From positions 310,001-374,000 of the forward strand of contig JABVCE010000017.1 in assembly GCA_014905635.1 (NCBI GenBank): a stretch of DNA of 64,000 nucleotides, read 5' to 3'. Each line of letters begins with the position of its first letter. Within the stretch, counting starts at the first letter, position 1. Both the position numbers and the translations under genes were made by a program. This document shows positions 13,080-25,498 of the stretch, piece by piece. Under the pieces are notes generated by a model that made no database searches, was not told where the DNA came from, and saw only the letters and a program-made list of their open reading frames with translations. This stretch comes from Scenedesmus sp. PABB004 (Eukaryota).

Positions 13080-16000
13080 TCAGGCAAAGACCTTGAAGGA
13101 CCCCCAGGCCTCGGCGATGCTGTAGATACTGCCGACGGTGCCGAGCACGCCGATCACGCCTGCGGGGGTGGTGGGGAGGGGCAGAGCGGCGGCGCGGGGC
13201 AGAGCGAGACGGCGGCGCGGGGCGGCTTGAGGCGGCGGCGGCGCGGGAGAGACATGCACGCCACACCCGAGGCCCCGGCGCGCCCCACGACCAGACCCCC
13301 TCGCACTCCTAAACCCTGCGACTCAAGCAACCTCTGCTAAACCCTGCGACTGCGACTCTCAAAGCCCCGCCTCACCCGTGATGCCGACCAGGAAAACGTT
13401 GACGGCCCACTCCAGGCCCCAGCGCTCGGGCTGCTTGTACAGCAGCCAGAAGAGCGGCGGCAGCAGGAAGGTGGTGGGCGTGATGGCGATCGCGCCGACG
13501 AGGCCCTGCGGCGCGGGGTTTAGGGAGAGGCGCGGCGCGGGGAGACGGGGTCAGGGTGGGTGAGAGGGGAGAGGGAGAGGGGGTGCGCAGGGTGGAGGGA
13601 GAGGGGGAGGGGGAGGGGGCGGGGGAGGGGGCGGTGGCAGCAGCGGCGGCGGCAGCGGCGCACCATGAGGCTGGAGAAGAAGGGGATCTGGGGTTTAGGG
13701 GGCGGGGGCGGGACGGGGCGGGCGAGGGTTTAGGGTTCAGGCATGGGCTGGCGCCGCGCGCCGCGCGGTGCGCGGCTGGAGGGGCTGCGTGTGCGTGCGT
13801 GAGTGCGTGGGGGAGGGGGCGGCGGGGCGCGCGCGCGCGCGGGCGGGGCGGGGCGGGGGCGCGCACCACGATGCCGACCACGGTGACGGCGGCGACGTAG
13901 CTGAGGCGGATGGCGGTCGCGAGGAAGGGGTTGACGCGCGCCGCGCCGCTGTTGCAGATTTGGGGGGGCGGGGGCGGGGTTGAGGGTTGAGGGTTCAGGG
14001 GGGCGTCGTCGGGCGCGGCGCGCGGCGAGAGTGGGGCCGGGCCGGGCCGGGGCGCGCGCGGCCGCGCGCGCGGGCGGGCGGGCGGCGCTGCTCGCAGCAA
14101 AGCGCGAAACAAGAGGGCCAGGGTTTTGCGTCGCGCCCCTAAACCACGCACGTGCGGCGCCTGATGTCGACCTCAATCATCTGGAAGACTGGCTGCGTGT
14201 AGACCTGGTACGCCGCCGCGACGTGGACGACCACAAACATGTCTGTTATTGTGTTATTTGTGCGACGGCGGGGTTTTAGTTGAGCAGCGGGGGCGGGGTG
14301 TTAGGGCGCGAGCGGGGGGTCGAGCGGCGCGGGTGCGGGCGCGGGGCGGCGGCGCGGCGGCGAGGGGCGCGGCGGCGCGGCGCGCACCGGCCATGGCGAC
14401 GACCCAGCTGTACGGTCCGTGCGTGAAGGAGAGCAGCACGTTGTCCGCGACGCCGATGCCAAACGCCTGCGGTTCAGGGGTTTGAACGGGGTTTGTGGCA
14501 GCGCGGCGGCGGCGGCGGCGTTGCGGGGTCAGCAAGGGGCTGAGGAGAGGGCCGCCGACGCGGCGGCGGCCCGGGTGGCGCGGCAGCGCCCACGGGCGCG
14601 GCAGCGGGCGCGGCAGCGGGCGCAGCGCAGCCGCGGGCGCGGGGCGCGGCGGGGCGGGGCCCAGACAAAACCCTCGCTCCCTAAACCCTCGCTCTCCCTA
14701 GCCGCTGCTCACCCAGAAGCCCACGATCGACACGCCAAAGTAGGCGAGGCCGGTCACAACAAAGGTGATGTTCACGCCTTTTAAGGGGGAGGGGAGGGGG
14801 GGGGGCGGGAGGGTGAGGCGGTGTGTGTGGGTGTGTGTGGGGGCGTGCGTGCGTGCGCGGCGGCGGCGCGCCGCGCGCGCGCACGGCGCGGCGCGCGGGC
14901 CGCAGGGTGGCGGCCGCACCGCGCATCATCGCGGGCACGCTGCTCGCCGGGTGCTTGCCGCCGATCGGGATCGTCGCCTGGGGTGGAGTGCGGGGGCGGC
15001 GGCCGCGGCGTCGGCTCGCACGCCTCCGCGCGCGTCCGCCGCCTCTGCCGGCCCTCGCAGGCCGTCGCCGCTAAACCCTCGCCCCCTCGGGACCCACCTG
15101 GATCTCGAGCGCCACGTTGTGCCCGCCGTATGCAAAGAGCACGCTGGAGATGGCGTTGAAGATGCCCATCGTCCGCGACACGGGCGACCGCGGCACCTGG
15201 CGGGGGGGGGGGGGGGTGAGAGGGAGCGCGCGTCGGGAGATGCGTGCGTGCGAGGCGCGTCGGGCGCCGGTCGCCCGCCGCCGGGGCGTTGGTCAAACCC
15301 CCGCCGGCGTTTGACCGCCGGTCAACCGGCGGTCAACGCACCGCCATGGGGTCGTAGCCGACGCTCCCGTGCGGTGGGTTGACCGTCGCGCTCATCGCGA
15401 CGGCGATGGTGCAGTAGGCGACGCTCATGATGGCGCCCAGCAGCGAGACGAGGCTGAGCTCGTTGAAGCTCGGCAGCTGGCGGGGTTTAGCGGGCGCGGG
15501 CGGGCGGGCGGGCGGGCGAGCGGGTTTAGTGGCGGGGCGGGTGTTTGTTGGTGTCGGGCGCGCGCGCGCGCGCGAGCGCGCGCGCGTCCCGGCCCTCCTC
15601 CGCTGGGCATCAAACAACCCCGAGGCGCCCCCCTTCAGATCTTTAACACTTAAACCCTAAACCCTAAACCCTCGACACCCACCAGGGAGAGCAGGAGCTG
15701 CAGGCCGCCAAAGATGACGTAGAAGGGCCACTTGCCCATGTAGGCGGTGCCGCCGCGCGACACAAAGTTGGAAAAGGCGGCCAGGCTGCGCGCGCGCGGG
15801 AGGGAGCGGAGAGGGAGGGGGAGCGAGGGAGGGAGGGAGACGGGGAGAGAGCGTGTGAAAGTGTGAGTGTGCGTGAAAGTGTGAGTGTGTGTGAGAGGGG
15901 GGAGGGAGGGGCGAGCGGGGCGCCCGCGCGGCGCGGCGGCGGTCGCGGCGGCGCCGCGCCTGTCGCCGCCGACGACAGTGTAGGTGATGGCGATGCCCAC

Positions 16001-17146
16001 GAGCACCGCGAGCTGGAAGGGCATCAACACGAGCTTGCCGCGCCGCTTGCCTGCAGCACGGCAGAGGCACGGCACGCGGCGGCGGCGGCGGCGGGTCAGG
16101 ACGCGCGCTCTCGCCCCTGGCCGGCGAGGCCCCCCCCCCCGCAGGCCGCGCTGACGCAGGGCCCTGGCACTAGCAAAACCCAGGGCGCTAAACCCAGGGC
16201 TTAAGTAACCCAGCGCGCGCACCGAGGATGTAGGTGCTGAGCTGGTCGTAGCGGTCCATGCGGCGCAGGCCGCCGGCCTCCTTGGCGTCCAGGTCGGGCA
16301 CCTGTAGCGCGCAGCGGCGCGGCGCGCGGCGCGGCGTTACGAGCGAGGCGCTGATGGCAAGGCGCGGCCCCCCCGCGCGCCGCCGCCGGGCGGCGGGGCG
16401 GGCAGGCGGGGCGGGCAGGCAGAAAAGAGGGAGAGAGGGAGGGAGGCGGGACGCGGCGCGGGGGCTCGCCGCGCCGCGCGCGCCGCACCTCGTGCATGTA
16501 GACGAGCTGCTTGTAGGTGTACCAGCTGCGGTTGGCGATGCAGAGGTTGTTGTTGCAGAGGTGCGGGGGCGCGGCGCGGCGCGGCGGGCCGCTGCTGCTG
16601 CGCGCGCGCCGCACCTGACCCAGAAACTGAACAGCAGCATGATGACGCCGCCGGCCCAGCCGAGGTGGGAGAAGACCGCGGGCAGGCCCAGCACGCCGGC
16701 GCCGACCCTGCGCGGCGCGCGGGCGCGCGGGCGCGGCGCCGCGCGACTCAGCGCGGAACGCTCGCAGCTGGCGCGCCGCGCGGGGGGGGGGCGGCGGCGG
16801 CGCGGCCGCGGCGCTCACATGCCGGTGACGGAGTGGTAGGCGACATCGAGCCTGCGGAACGGCCGCGGCGTGCGCGGTGAGGGCGGGCGCGGCGGCGGCG
16901 CGGAAGCGGCGGCGACGCGCCGAGTGTTGCGTGTGCTGGGCGGCGCCGCGGCTGCTCCTGTCGACCGAGCACACCAAATGCGTCGCCTCGACGCTGCCCG
17001 CACGGCCCCGGCGGCGCCAGGGGCGAAACGCGCGCGCGCAACAGCATCGCGCCGGGCGCCCACCAGTTGGCGGTCCGGCGGGCGTGCGGGTCCTCCACCT
17101 CCACGGTCAGGTCTCCCGCCTTGGGCTCGCCAACGACGGTGGGCAT
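13080..17146 (-). CDS. Amino-acid transporter, AAAP family (lysine/histidine transporter-like), many exons
   Basis: Exons give AYHSVTGM|VGAGVLGLPAVFSHLGW, SLLGAIMSVAYCTIA, LFAYGGHNVALEIQ|ATIP, HVAAAYQVYTQPVF, IPFFSSLM|GLVGA and end with FKVFA*. Confidence 0.92.
15651..15672. repeat. Interstitial telomere-like (CCCTAAA)n tract inside an intron
   Basis: taaaccctaaaccctaaaccct. Similar tracts at ~13041-13067 (just past the transporter stop), 35445-35478 and 50232-50269. Confidence 0.85.
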
Positions 17147-17871
17147 GGCGGCTGGCAGGTGTGGGGGAGCGAGCGAGTGCGGGTGCGGCCTCGGCGCTGT
17201 CGGCGGGGGGCTCGTGAGCTGCGGCCGAGGTCCAGCTCAGCAAGCGCAGAGTGGGGGGCGCGCGCGGCGGGCGGCTGGACATGTCCGGCGGCGGCGGCGG
17301 CGGTCCAGGTCACTCTTCATGTGCAGATCTAAAAAACGGGTTACGAGTGCGAGTTTGGGCCCTGTGGCAACGTTGGGGCCTCAAACAAGGGCGGCTGAAG
17401 TTGCCCTGGGCCGCACGGCGCCCAGCGGCCACGGCCGCGCTGCGCCGCCGCTGGCGAGCGCCTGCGCCGGCGGGCTGCACCAGCGTTGCGGTTGCAATCT
17501 GATCGCTTAACATTCCTTTAAGCCCGTCCAGCCCCTGCGTGCGCCTGACCTCGCGCCCGGGCGCACGGCGCAGCCAGGCAGGCGGCGCGCGAGGCGGCGC
17601 ACCGCACGTGTGGCAATCACGTGGGCTCAGCGACGACTCCCTTGAGCACGCGCGGCGCGCCTCAGCACTCCACCTAATGCCTTGCGACACACACACACAC
17701 CTCACACACACAGCACACGCGCGCCGCCACCGCGGACCGCGCAGCGCCCCGAGCCTGCACGCCGGCGCGCCCGCGTGTGCAGCGCGGGAGGCAAGTCGGA
17801 CAGCGGCCGGGCCACCGCGGCCCGCACCCGGCCACTCGCGCCAGCTCGCGCGCCGCGCAGCCGCCGGCCAC

Positions 17872-20800
17872 TCACGCGCGCTGCGGCTGCGCCTCCGGCG
17901 GGCGCGCCGCGGGCGGCCCCATCGGCTGCGCGCCGCCGCCGCTCGCGGCGCCGCCGCCCGGCGCCGGCAGCGCGAGCGGCGCGCCGCCGGCCTCGCGCTG
18001 CGCGGCCGCCGCGGCGCCGAGGTTTGCCAGCGCCTCGGCGACCGACGCGGGGTCGACGCCCGCCGCCGCGGCGGCCGCCTGGAACGCGCTCGTCAGCGCG
18101 GCGGCCGCCTGGTCGGCCGTGATTTCGTCGCCGCCGCCGCCGCCGTCGGGCCCGGCCGTGCCGCCGAGCAGGCCAGTCAGCCCCAGCACGCCCTCCAGGT
18201 GCGCGGGGTTGACGCCCGCCGCGCTCGCGGCCGCCGCGACGGCGGAGAGCAGCTCCGCGATGCCGCCGCCGTCGCCGGCGGCGTCGGGCGCGGCGCCGGC
18301 GCCGCGCGGCGCCGGCGCGGGCGGCACGCCAAACGGCGGCACCGCGGGCGGCGCGAGCGTGGAGGGGTCGGACACCGAGGCGTCGGCGCTCGCGAGCGAC
18401 GCCGACGGCACGCCGAGCACCCGAGCGGCGCCGGCAGCCCCAGGTGGCCGGCGCCGGCGGACGCCGGGTACGGCGGCGGCGGCCCGCCGCCGAGCCCCGC
18501 CGCCGCGGCCACCGGCGCGGGCGCCCCTGCGTCCGAGGCGCGCAGGCCGAGCAGCGCGCTGGCCGCCTGCGCGGGCGACGGCCCGCCGCCGCCGCCGCCG
18601 CCGCCGGCGCCACCGTACTGCAGCGGCTGCGGCGGCGGCGGACCCATTGGCGGCGGCAGGCCGCCGCCGCCGCCGCCGTACGGCACAAAGCCGCCGCCGT
18701 CGCCGGCGTCGCCGCCGCCGTACGCGGCCGCCGCGGCGGCCTCGCGCTCCTCGCGCTCGCGCGCCTGCTCCGCGAGCGCCTCGAGCTGCGCCTGGCGCCG
18801 CTCCTCCTCCTCGGCGATGGCCAGCTGCTGGCGCAGCCGCTCCTCCGCCTCGGCTTTCTGCTGCTCCAGCGCGGCGCGCGCGGCGCGCTCCGCGTTGCTC
18901 GGCCGCCCCCGGCCGCGCTTTTTAAACGGATTGAACGACTCCAGCGCGGCGCGCGCCTCGGCCGCCGCGCGCGCCGCGAGCGCGGCGGGGTCGGGCGTGG
19001 CCATTGCCGCGTCGATGAGCGCCGCCGGCGGCGGGCCGTCCGGCAGCGCGACCAGCCCTGCGGCGTGGCGGCGCCGCGGCGGCGGTGTGGCTCGGAGCGC
19101 GGTGCGAGGTGGGGCGCGCGTGCGCAGCGGCAGCCCCGGCGCGCGGCGCGCGGTGGCGCGCGCGCAGCGGCAGCCCCGGCGCGCGCCGCGGCCCAGGCGG
19201 GCAGGCGGCGGCGGCGGCGAGCGCGCTGCAGCGCTGCGGCGCCGGCGCCGCACCCTCCATCAGCGCGGCGACGAGCTCGCAGTGGTCCCGCGTCTGCAGG
19301 TGCTCCTTGAGCGCCGACCGCTTGCCCGACCTGCGCGCGCGGCGGCGGCGGCAGGGACGCGGTAAGAGGTCAGCGGCGGGCGGCCCCTGGAAGCGCGGCG
19401 CGCGCCCCGTTTCCACGCCCGGGCCCCTCTCCGCCCTGGCCCGCGCCCTCCGCCCTGGCACGCGACCTGGCCAGCGCCGCGGCCGCCGGCGGCGCCGCCG
19501 CACCGGTATCCCTTTGCAAAGGTGTTGTTCTTGTCGTAGCCGCGGCAGAGGCGGCAGAAGATGAGGCCGCGCTCAAAGCGCAGCGGGTCGCCGCGCACCG
19601 CGATCTCCACCCAGCTCAGGCCGTTGGGCAGCAGGAACTCCTGAATGACAACAACGCAACAGGGGACGGGCCGGGCGGGGGCAGAGGGGCGGGCGATGGC
19701 ACGCCGTGTGCGCGCGCGTGTGTGTGTGTGGTGGTGGGGGGGGGGGGCTGGAACGCGGGCGGGGCGCACGCCGCGCTGCCGGCGGGCACGCGCTTGACAG
19801 GGCGCCGCACCTCGTCGTTCTCCCATTGGGACTTGGCGTATTCAAAGTACACCGGCTGGGGCGCCGGCAGGGTTTTGAACGGGGTCAGGGCGCGGGGTTT
19901 TGGGGCGTAGCGGACGCGCGGCGGGGCGGGCGGGCGGCGGGCGGGCGGCGGTCAGGGCGCCGCCGCGGGCGGGGCGCCCCGCGCGCGCGGCGGCGCGGCG
20001 GTGTGGCGCGGCGCGGCGGCGTGGCGCGCCTGCTTCTTCTCCGCCGCCGCCGCGGCGCGCTCGCGCTCGAGCCGCGCGCGGCCGCGCCCGCGGCCGCGCC
20101 CGCGCGGCCGCCCGCGCCGCGCGCCCGCCGCCGCCGGCGGCGCCGGCGTTGCCGGGCGCGGCGACCTCGTCCCTGCGCGGCGCGACGCGCGGGCGCGCGG
20201 GCGCGCGGGCACGCGTGAGCGCGCTGTGCGGCGCCGGCGTGGGCTCATACGTCATTTTGTTTGGTTTGAACACTGAGTGTGTGTTAATAACACAAAAGTG
20301 ACACGCGCCTGTACATCTCGTCCTCGTAATAGTCGTTGAGCTCGTCGTCGTCGGCGTCCGGCCCGGGGCTGAAGTTGTCGCCGCTGTAGCGCTCGCCGTC
20401 TGCGCGGCGGCGGCGCGGCGCGGCGGGCGGGCGGGCGGGCGGGCGTTTCTTGGTGGCGCGGCGCGCTGCGCGGCACGGCGCGGCTGCGGCAGGGCCGACG
20501 CGGCTGTGCGGGCGCCGGCGACGCCGCGGCCGCGGCGCCGCACCGCTGCCCCACATCGCGTACGGGCGCTTGCTGCCGGCGCCGCCGGTGCCGCCGCCGC
20601 CGCTGTGGCCGCCGTGGCCCTCGAGCATGAGGGGCCCGCCGCCGCCGCTGCTGCCCATGACGCCCGGCGGCCCCCCATACGCGCCGCCGGGGCCTGCGGC
20701 GCGGCGCGCGCGGGGCCGGCGCAGGGAGAGTGGGTCGGCGCGGGCGCCGCCCCCGGCCTGCGCGGCGCGCGGCCTGCGCGCGCCGCGGGCCCCGAGCGCG

Positions 20801-22236
20801 CCAGCGCGCGCCGGCCGGCCCCCGCGGCGCACCCGCCGCGCTCGGCCCGCGCCCGCCCGCGCCCGCGACTGCAACGAGCTCCTCCAGCAACACGTCGAGC
20901 GTGCGCTGCCGGCAGTAGCCCGACACCGCGGTGCACGCCTGCAGGTGCCGGTCCGCGCTGTACGTCGCGCAGCAGTCTGCGCGGCGGCGGGAGCGCGCGC
21001 GGGCGCGGGCGGCGCGGCGGGCGGGCGTGAGGAGGAGGGCCGCCTCACGCACGGCGGCCGCCCCCGCCGGCCAAACATCCAAAGTGCGATGTTAAACAGA
21101 AATGACACAAAACTGACGCAAAACTGACGCAGGAATGCCGGCGGCGTGCCAGCCCACCCGTGACGAGCGTGACGAGGAAGCCAAGGTCGGCCGCGTCCTT
21201 GGCCGCGTGCGCGACGCACTGGTCGGTCACCGCGCCCGCGAGCAGCAGGAAGCGCTTGTCCATGTTGCGCAGCACGTAGTCGAGCGGCGTCGACGTGAAC
21301 ACGCTGCTGCTGGTCTTGGGCAGCACGATCTCGTCCGGCGCGGGTGCGAGCGCGTCGACGACCTGGCCGCACCGCGAACGCGCGCGCGGCGCGGGAGGCG
21401 CGCGTGTCGCGACGTGCGCGCGCGCGTTGGTTGACGTGCGCGCGTGACGTGCTCGCGGCGGCGGCGCGCGCGCGGCCGCCCCCCAAAGCAGGCGCGCCGC
21501 CGCCGCCGCGCCGCGCCGCGGCGCGCGCCGCCGCCGCCGCCGGCGCCGCACCCGCGCGTCCCAGCAGCCGGGGGGGACGTGGAAGCCGCTGATCTTGTAG
21601 TCCAGCCCCCGGTCGCGCCCGTCGCGCGTGAGGGACTGGATGACGGTGTAGATGACCTCGATGCCGCACGACCGCGCGGCCTGCGGGCATGTTATTTTGT
21701 GTGTTATTTTGTTATTTTGTTATTGTTAGGTTGTCATCTTTTGGGTCGAGTTGATTTGTGCGCGGGGAGGCCCGGGGCCGGGCGAGAGGGGCGCGCCGCG
21801 CGCGTGCGGCGCGGCGCGGGGCCGGCCGGGGCGCGCGCGGCGGGCGCGCCTGCTGCAGCTGCTGCCACTTGATGGTGCAGTCGTCGATGCGCGACCACCA
21901 GTAGGCAAAGTCGGGGCCCTGCGCGCCGCGGCGGCGGCGGCGGCGGCGGCGGCGGGGTCGCTGCCTCGCCGCGCGCGCGCTCGCCCGCGCCCCGCGCCCG
22001 CCGCCGCTGCGGAGCGCCCGCAAAGAGCGCGCGCGCGCGCGCATGAAAGGACAGGTTTTTTGAATAACAACAAGAGTAACGCCCCCGCGTGCCTGCAGCT
22101 GCTCGGGGGAGTACTGTCGGTACATCGCGCCGCCGCGGTGGCAGTTGTAGTTCTGGGTGTCCACAAACAGCAGCGCCGCCTGGCGCGGGTCGACCGCGAC
22201 CTCGCGCAGCAGGCGCTGCGGCTGGTAGCTCGCCAT
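17872..22236 (-). CDS. Isochorismatase-family cysteine hydrolase apparently fused to AT-hook / TTF-type zinc finger / coiled-coil region
   Basis: Hydrolase exons 22236-~20870 carry triad motifs LFVDTQN, PKTSSSVF and TDQCV. No stop follows the domain, and phase-matched introns lead to exons with RRGRPR, W..F..W..IFCRLC..F.KG..LKEH...H and KRGRGRP. Frame changes near 20125 and 18420 are needed. Confidence 0.75.
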
Positions 22237-23239
22237 GGCGCGCTGTCCTGCGAGTGCGCGCGCGCTGTCCTGTCCTGCGAGGCGGTGGCGCCCTGCGAGC
22301 CGCTGCCGCGGTCGAACCGCGGGGGGACCGCACGCCTAGCCTAGGCCGCCGGCGCCTGCGGGCGGCCGGGCGGGGGGGGGCGGGGTGGGAGGGTTGAGCC
22401 GGCCCGCCGCGGCGGCAGCGGTGGCGGCGGCGGCGCCGCGCACCGCGCCCCGCTGCTGCCGCGCCCGCTGCTGCCGCCCGCGCCGCGCGCCCCCGCGCGC
22501 CCGGGCGGCCGTGCTGCCCCCGGCGGACGACGCCCCAGCACGACGCCGCGCGGGTGGCCCGCTCCCGGCGGGCCCTGCCGCCCCCGCGGGCTGCCGCTGG
22601 GGCGGCACCAGCGGGCATCTGCTGCCGCCCGTGCGCCCACCTGGCGGCCCGCCGCGACGCCGCCCGCGGCCATGCGATGCACTACGCTATCTACACGCCT
22701 CCCGCCGACCGCCAGCGGCGTTCCGGCCACGGACCGGCCTGCGCGGCCCGCGGGCCCGCCGGTGCGCTGCCGGTGCGCGGTGCTGCGCGGAGCCGGAAAA
22801 TCCGCGGCCAGATGGTGATGCCGCGCGAGTTTGTGCGGTCGTGGCGTTCGTCAGCCAGTGAACGATGTGCCAGCGGGGGCGCCGGGCGGGCGGGCCCTAA
22901 GGACGGCGCGGGGCTCGGCGGTCGGGGCAGCGGCGCGGCGCGGGCGCTGGTGGGCGACGCACAGGAGGACGCCAGCGCGTGATCGACCGCGGCAGCAGCT
23001 GGGGCGGGCGGCGGCGCCGCCGCTCCGCCGCGCGCGGTGCCGCTGCCCGCGGTGCCGCCGCCGTGTGGCGCGCGAGAGCGGCCGCGCCAGCGCTGGCGAG
23101 CAGACGCCTGCCGCCAGCTGCCCGCACACTGGTCACGCCGGCGGGGCCGGCGCTCGAGCGGCGCGCGCTTGCGCGTGCCGTGCGCTGGTGACGCCGGCCT
23201 GCGCTCGCCCGATTTTGGCGCGAAAAAATTCCAGCTCGG

Positions 23240-25066
23240 TCACCGCCACTGCGCGGCGACGGCGGGCCGCCCCCCTGTCCTGCCGCCGTCGGCCGCCGAG
23301 CCCGCCGCGACCGCCTCGCGCAGCAGCGCCTCCCCGAGCTGCGCCTCGCCGGCGGCGGCCGGGGGCGCAGCGGCCTGCCCGCCGCCCGGGCCGCCGCCTG
23401 GGCCGGCGCCCGGCAGCTGCAGCGCCGCGCCGGCGGCGCCGCCCCGCGCGCCGCTCCCGCCGCCGCGCGCGGCCGCGTCGGCGTCGAGCCAGCGCGCGAG
23501 CGCGGCGAGCATGCGGTGCCGAATCCATGCGAGGTGCGCGCGCTTGTGCCCCGTGTGCATGAGCAGCGCGGGGCGGTCGGCGGGGATGCACCCCCAGAAG
23601 AGCCCGTGGCAGCTGTGCAGGCCGACGCGCGGCAGCGCGTCGCGCTCCGACGGCGGCAGGCCCATCTCGAGGCCGACAAACCCAAACTCAAAGCCCGCCT
23701 CGCGCAGGCGCGGCGCGAGGCGCCGCAGCGCGGCGACGCCCGGCCCGTGCGGCGAGCGCCCCGCCGCGAGCTTGGCGGCCTCGGCCGCGGGGTACAGGCC
23801 CGGCTCGCCCGCCGCGGCGGCCAGGCGGCGGAGCAGCACGTGCTTGAACGCGACCTGGTCGTGCAGCGGGCCGCGCCAGCAGCAGCCGCCGAGCGCGGCG
23901 GCCCACCACTCGGACAGCACGCCCGCCGCGGCGGGGGTGTTGCGGTAGAGCACCGCGCCGGTGCACAGGTTGTCCTCGCCCTGCGGCGGCGCGGACGCGG
24001 CGCAGTGGCGCGGTCATGGTCGCGCGCGACGCGGCGCGGCGCGGCCAGGGGCCGCGGTCAGGGGCCGCGGGCGCGGCGGCGGCCGCGGTGGCGGCGCCGG
24101 CAGCGCGCGGCGGCGGCGCGCGGCAGGGCGCGCAGGGCGGCGGCGCGCGCCTGCACGAGCACGCTCGCGGACGGCGCCTCGGCGAAGAACGCGGACAGCG
24201 GCACCGCGCTCGCGGGGTGGATGTACATGTCCCAGTCCAGCCCCAGCACCTGGCGGTGGGCGGGGTCGGCGCGCGCGGGGTCGGCGCGCGCGGGGTCGGC
24301 GCGCGCGGGGCCGGCGCGAGACGCCCGCCCGCGGCGCCAGCTGCGCCCCGCGCCCGCGCCCGCGCCCGCGCTGCGCCGCGCCCCCGCGCCGCGCCTGGTC
24401 GTATTCGCGCTCAAACATCGCCGCGACGCCGAGGAGCTTTGCAAAGTGGCCCGTCACGTTGGGCGGCAGCGCCGCGCCGTGGGTGTACACCTCCAGGGCA
24501 TAGCCGAGCGCGTGGGCGTAGTGCCAGAGCGACGCGAGCTGCACGCCGTACTCGTCGAGGTGCGCGGCGAGGCGCGGCCGCGCGTCGCTGACCAGCAGCA
24601 GCGCGGCGCGCGCGCGGCGCGGGCCCGCGGCGGCGCCCGCGGCCGCGCCGTCGCAGCCGGTGAGGCACACCGACGCGCAGCCGGCGTCGACGCGCGGCAG
24701 CACCGCCCCGGCCCACAGCGCGGTGAGGTTGGCGGCCGCGCCGGCAAAGAGGGCGTTGATGGCGAGCTCGTTGGCGTCCTTGGGGCGGTCGTGCTCGGCG
24801 GCGTGGTCGTCGGTGCGCGCCGGCGCGGCGAGCGCCGCGACGCCGCCGCTGCCGGCAAACGCGGCCGCGATGGCCGGCGCCACCAGCTCGGCGTCCAGCG
24901 CGCACGCCGGAGCCTCCGGCAGCCTGGAACCGGCGAGCTCGGCGTCCAGCAGGCGCCGGCCGGGCCCGCCGTCGCGCGCGCCGCTGCTGCAGCGCCAGAC
25001 CACGAGCAGCGCCGCTGCCACCACCAGCGCCACCGCCCTGGCGCCCCCTCTTCGCCGTTGAAGCAT
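23240..25066 (-). CDS. Type II membrane glycosyltransferase, GT34 (GMA12/MNN10)-like; 3 exons
   Basis: N-terminal basic residues plus TM anchor, YAHALGY, HFAKL, DxD motif VLGLDWD, LCTGAVLYRNT..LSEWW and HDQVAF. Two GC-AG introns. Confidence 0.75.
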
Positions 25067-25449
25067 GCTCGCGGAGCTGCCAGGCCTGGAGCGGCGCGGG
25101 CGCGGAGCTGTTTCTCACAAGATGGCGCGGTGGCGGGCGAGCAGTCCCGCGCGGGCACGGAGGTCCGGCGAGCCCAGCGGCGAGATGAGGCGGACACTGG
25201 AGGTCCCTCAGGACGCGTCGCTTGGCCTGAAGCCCGCCGGCGCGGCGGCGCAAGCAGCGGCCAACCCCCCGGCCGCCTGCAAGCCCGCACGCCCCCGCCT
25301 CGCGCCCAGCTCTGCAGCCGCGCAGCTGGCTGGCAGCTGGACTCTGCACGGGCAGCTGGTCGGGAGTCTGAGTCTGCCGGGAGTGATGATGTTACCCCGC
25401 TCCACCCCGCCGCCGCCGCACCGTTCCGCCGCCGCACCGTTCCCCACAC

Positions 25450-25498
25450 TCGCAGTAGGGACGTGAGCTCACAGATCGCAGTAGGGACGTGAGCTCAC
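25450..25498. repeat. Perfect 23-bp direct repeat x2 (tcgcagtagggacgtgagctcac), period 26
   Basis: Copies at 25450-25472 and 25476-25498. Confidence 0.85.

Noticed and set aside
19254..19855. Autonomous hAT transposase
   Set aside because: Only the zinc-finger module is present; no DDE or dimerisation domain and no TIRs were seen.
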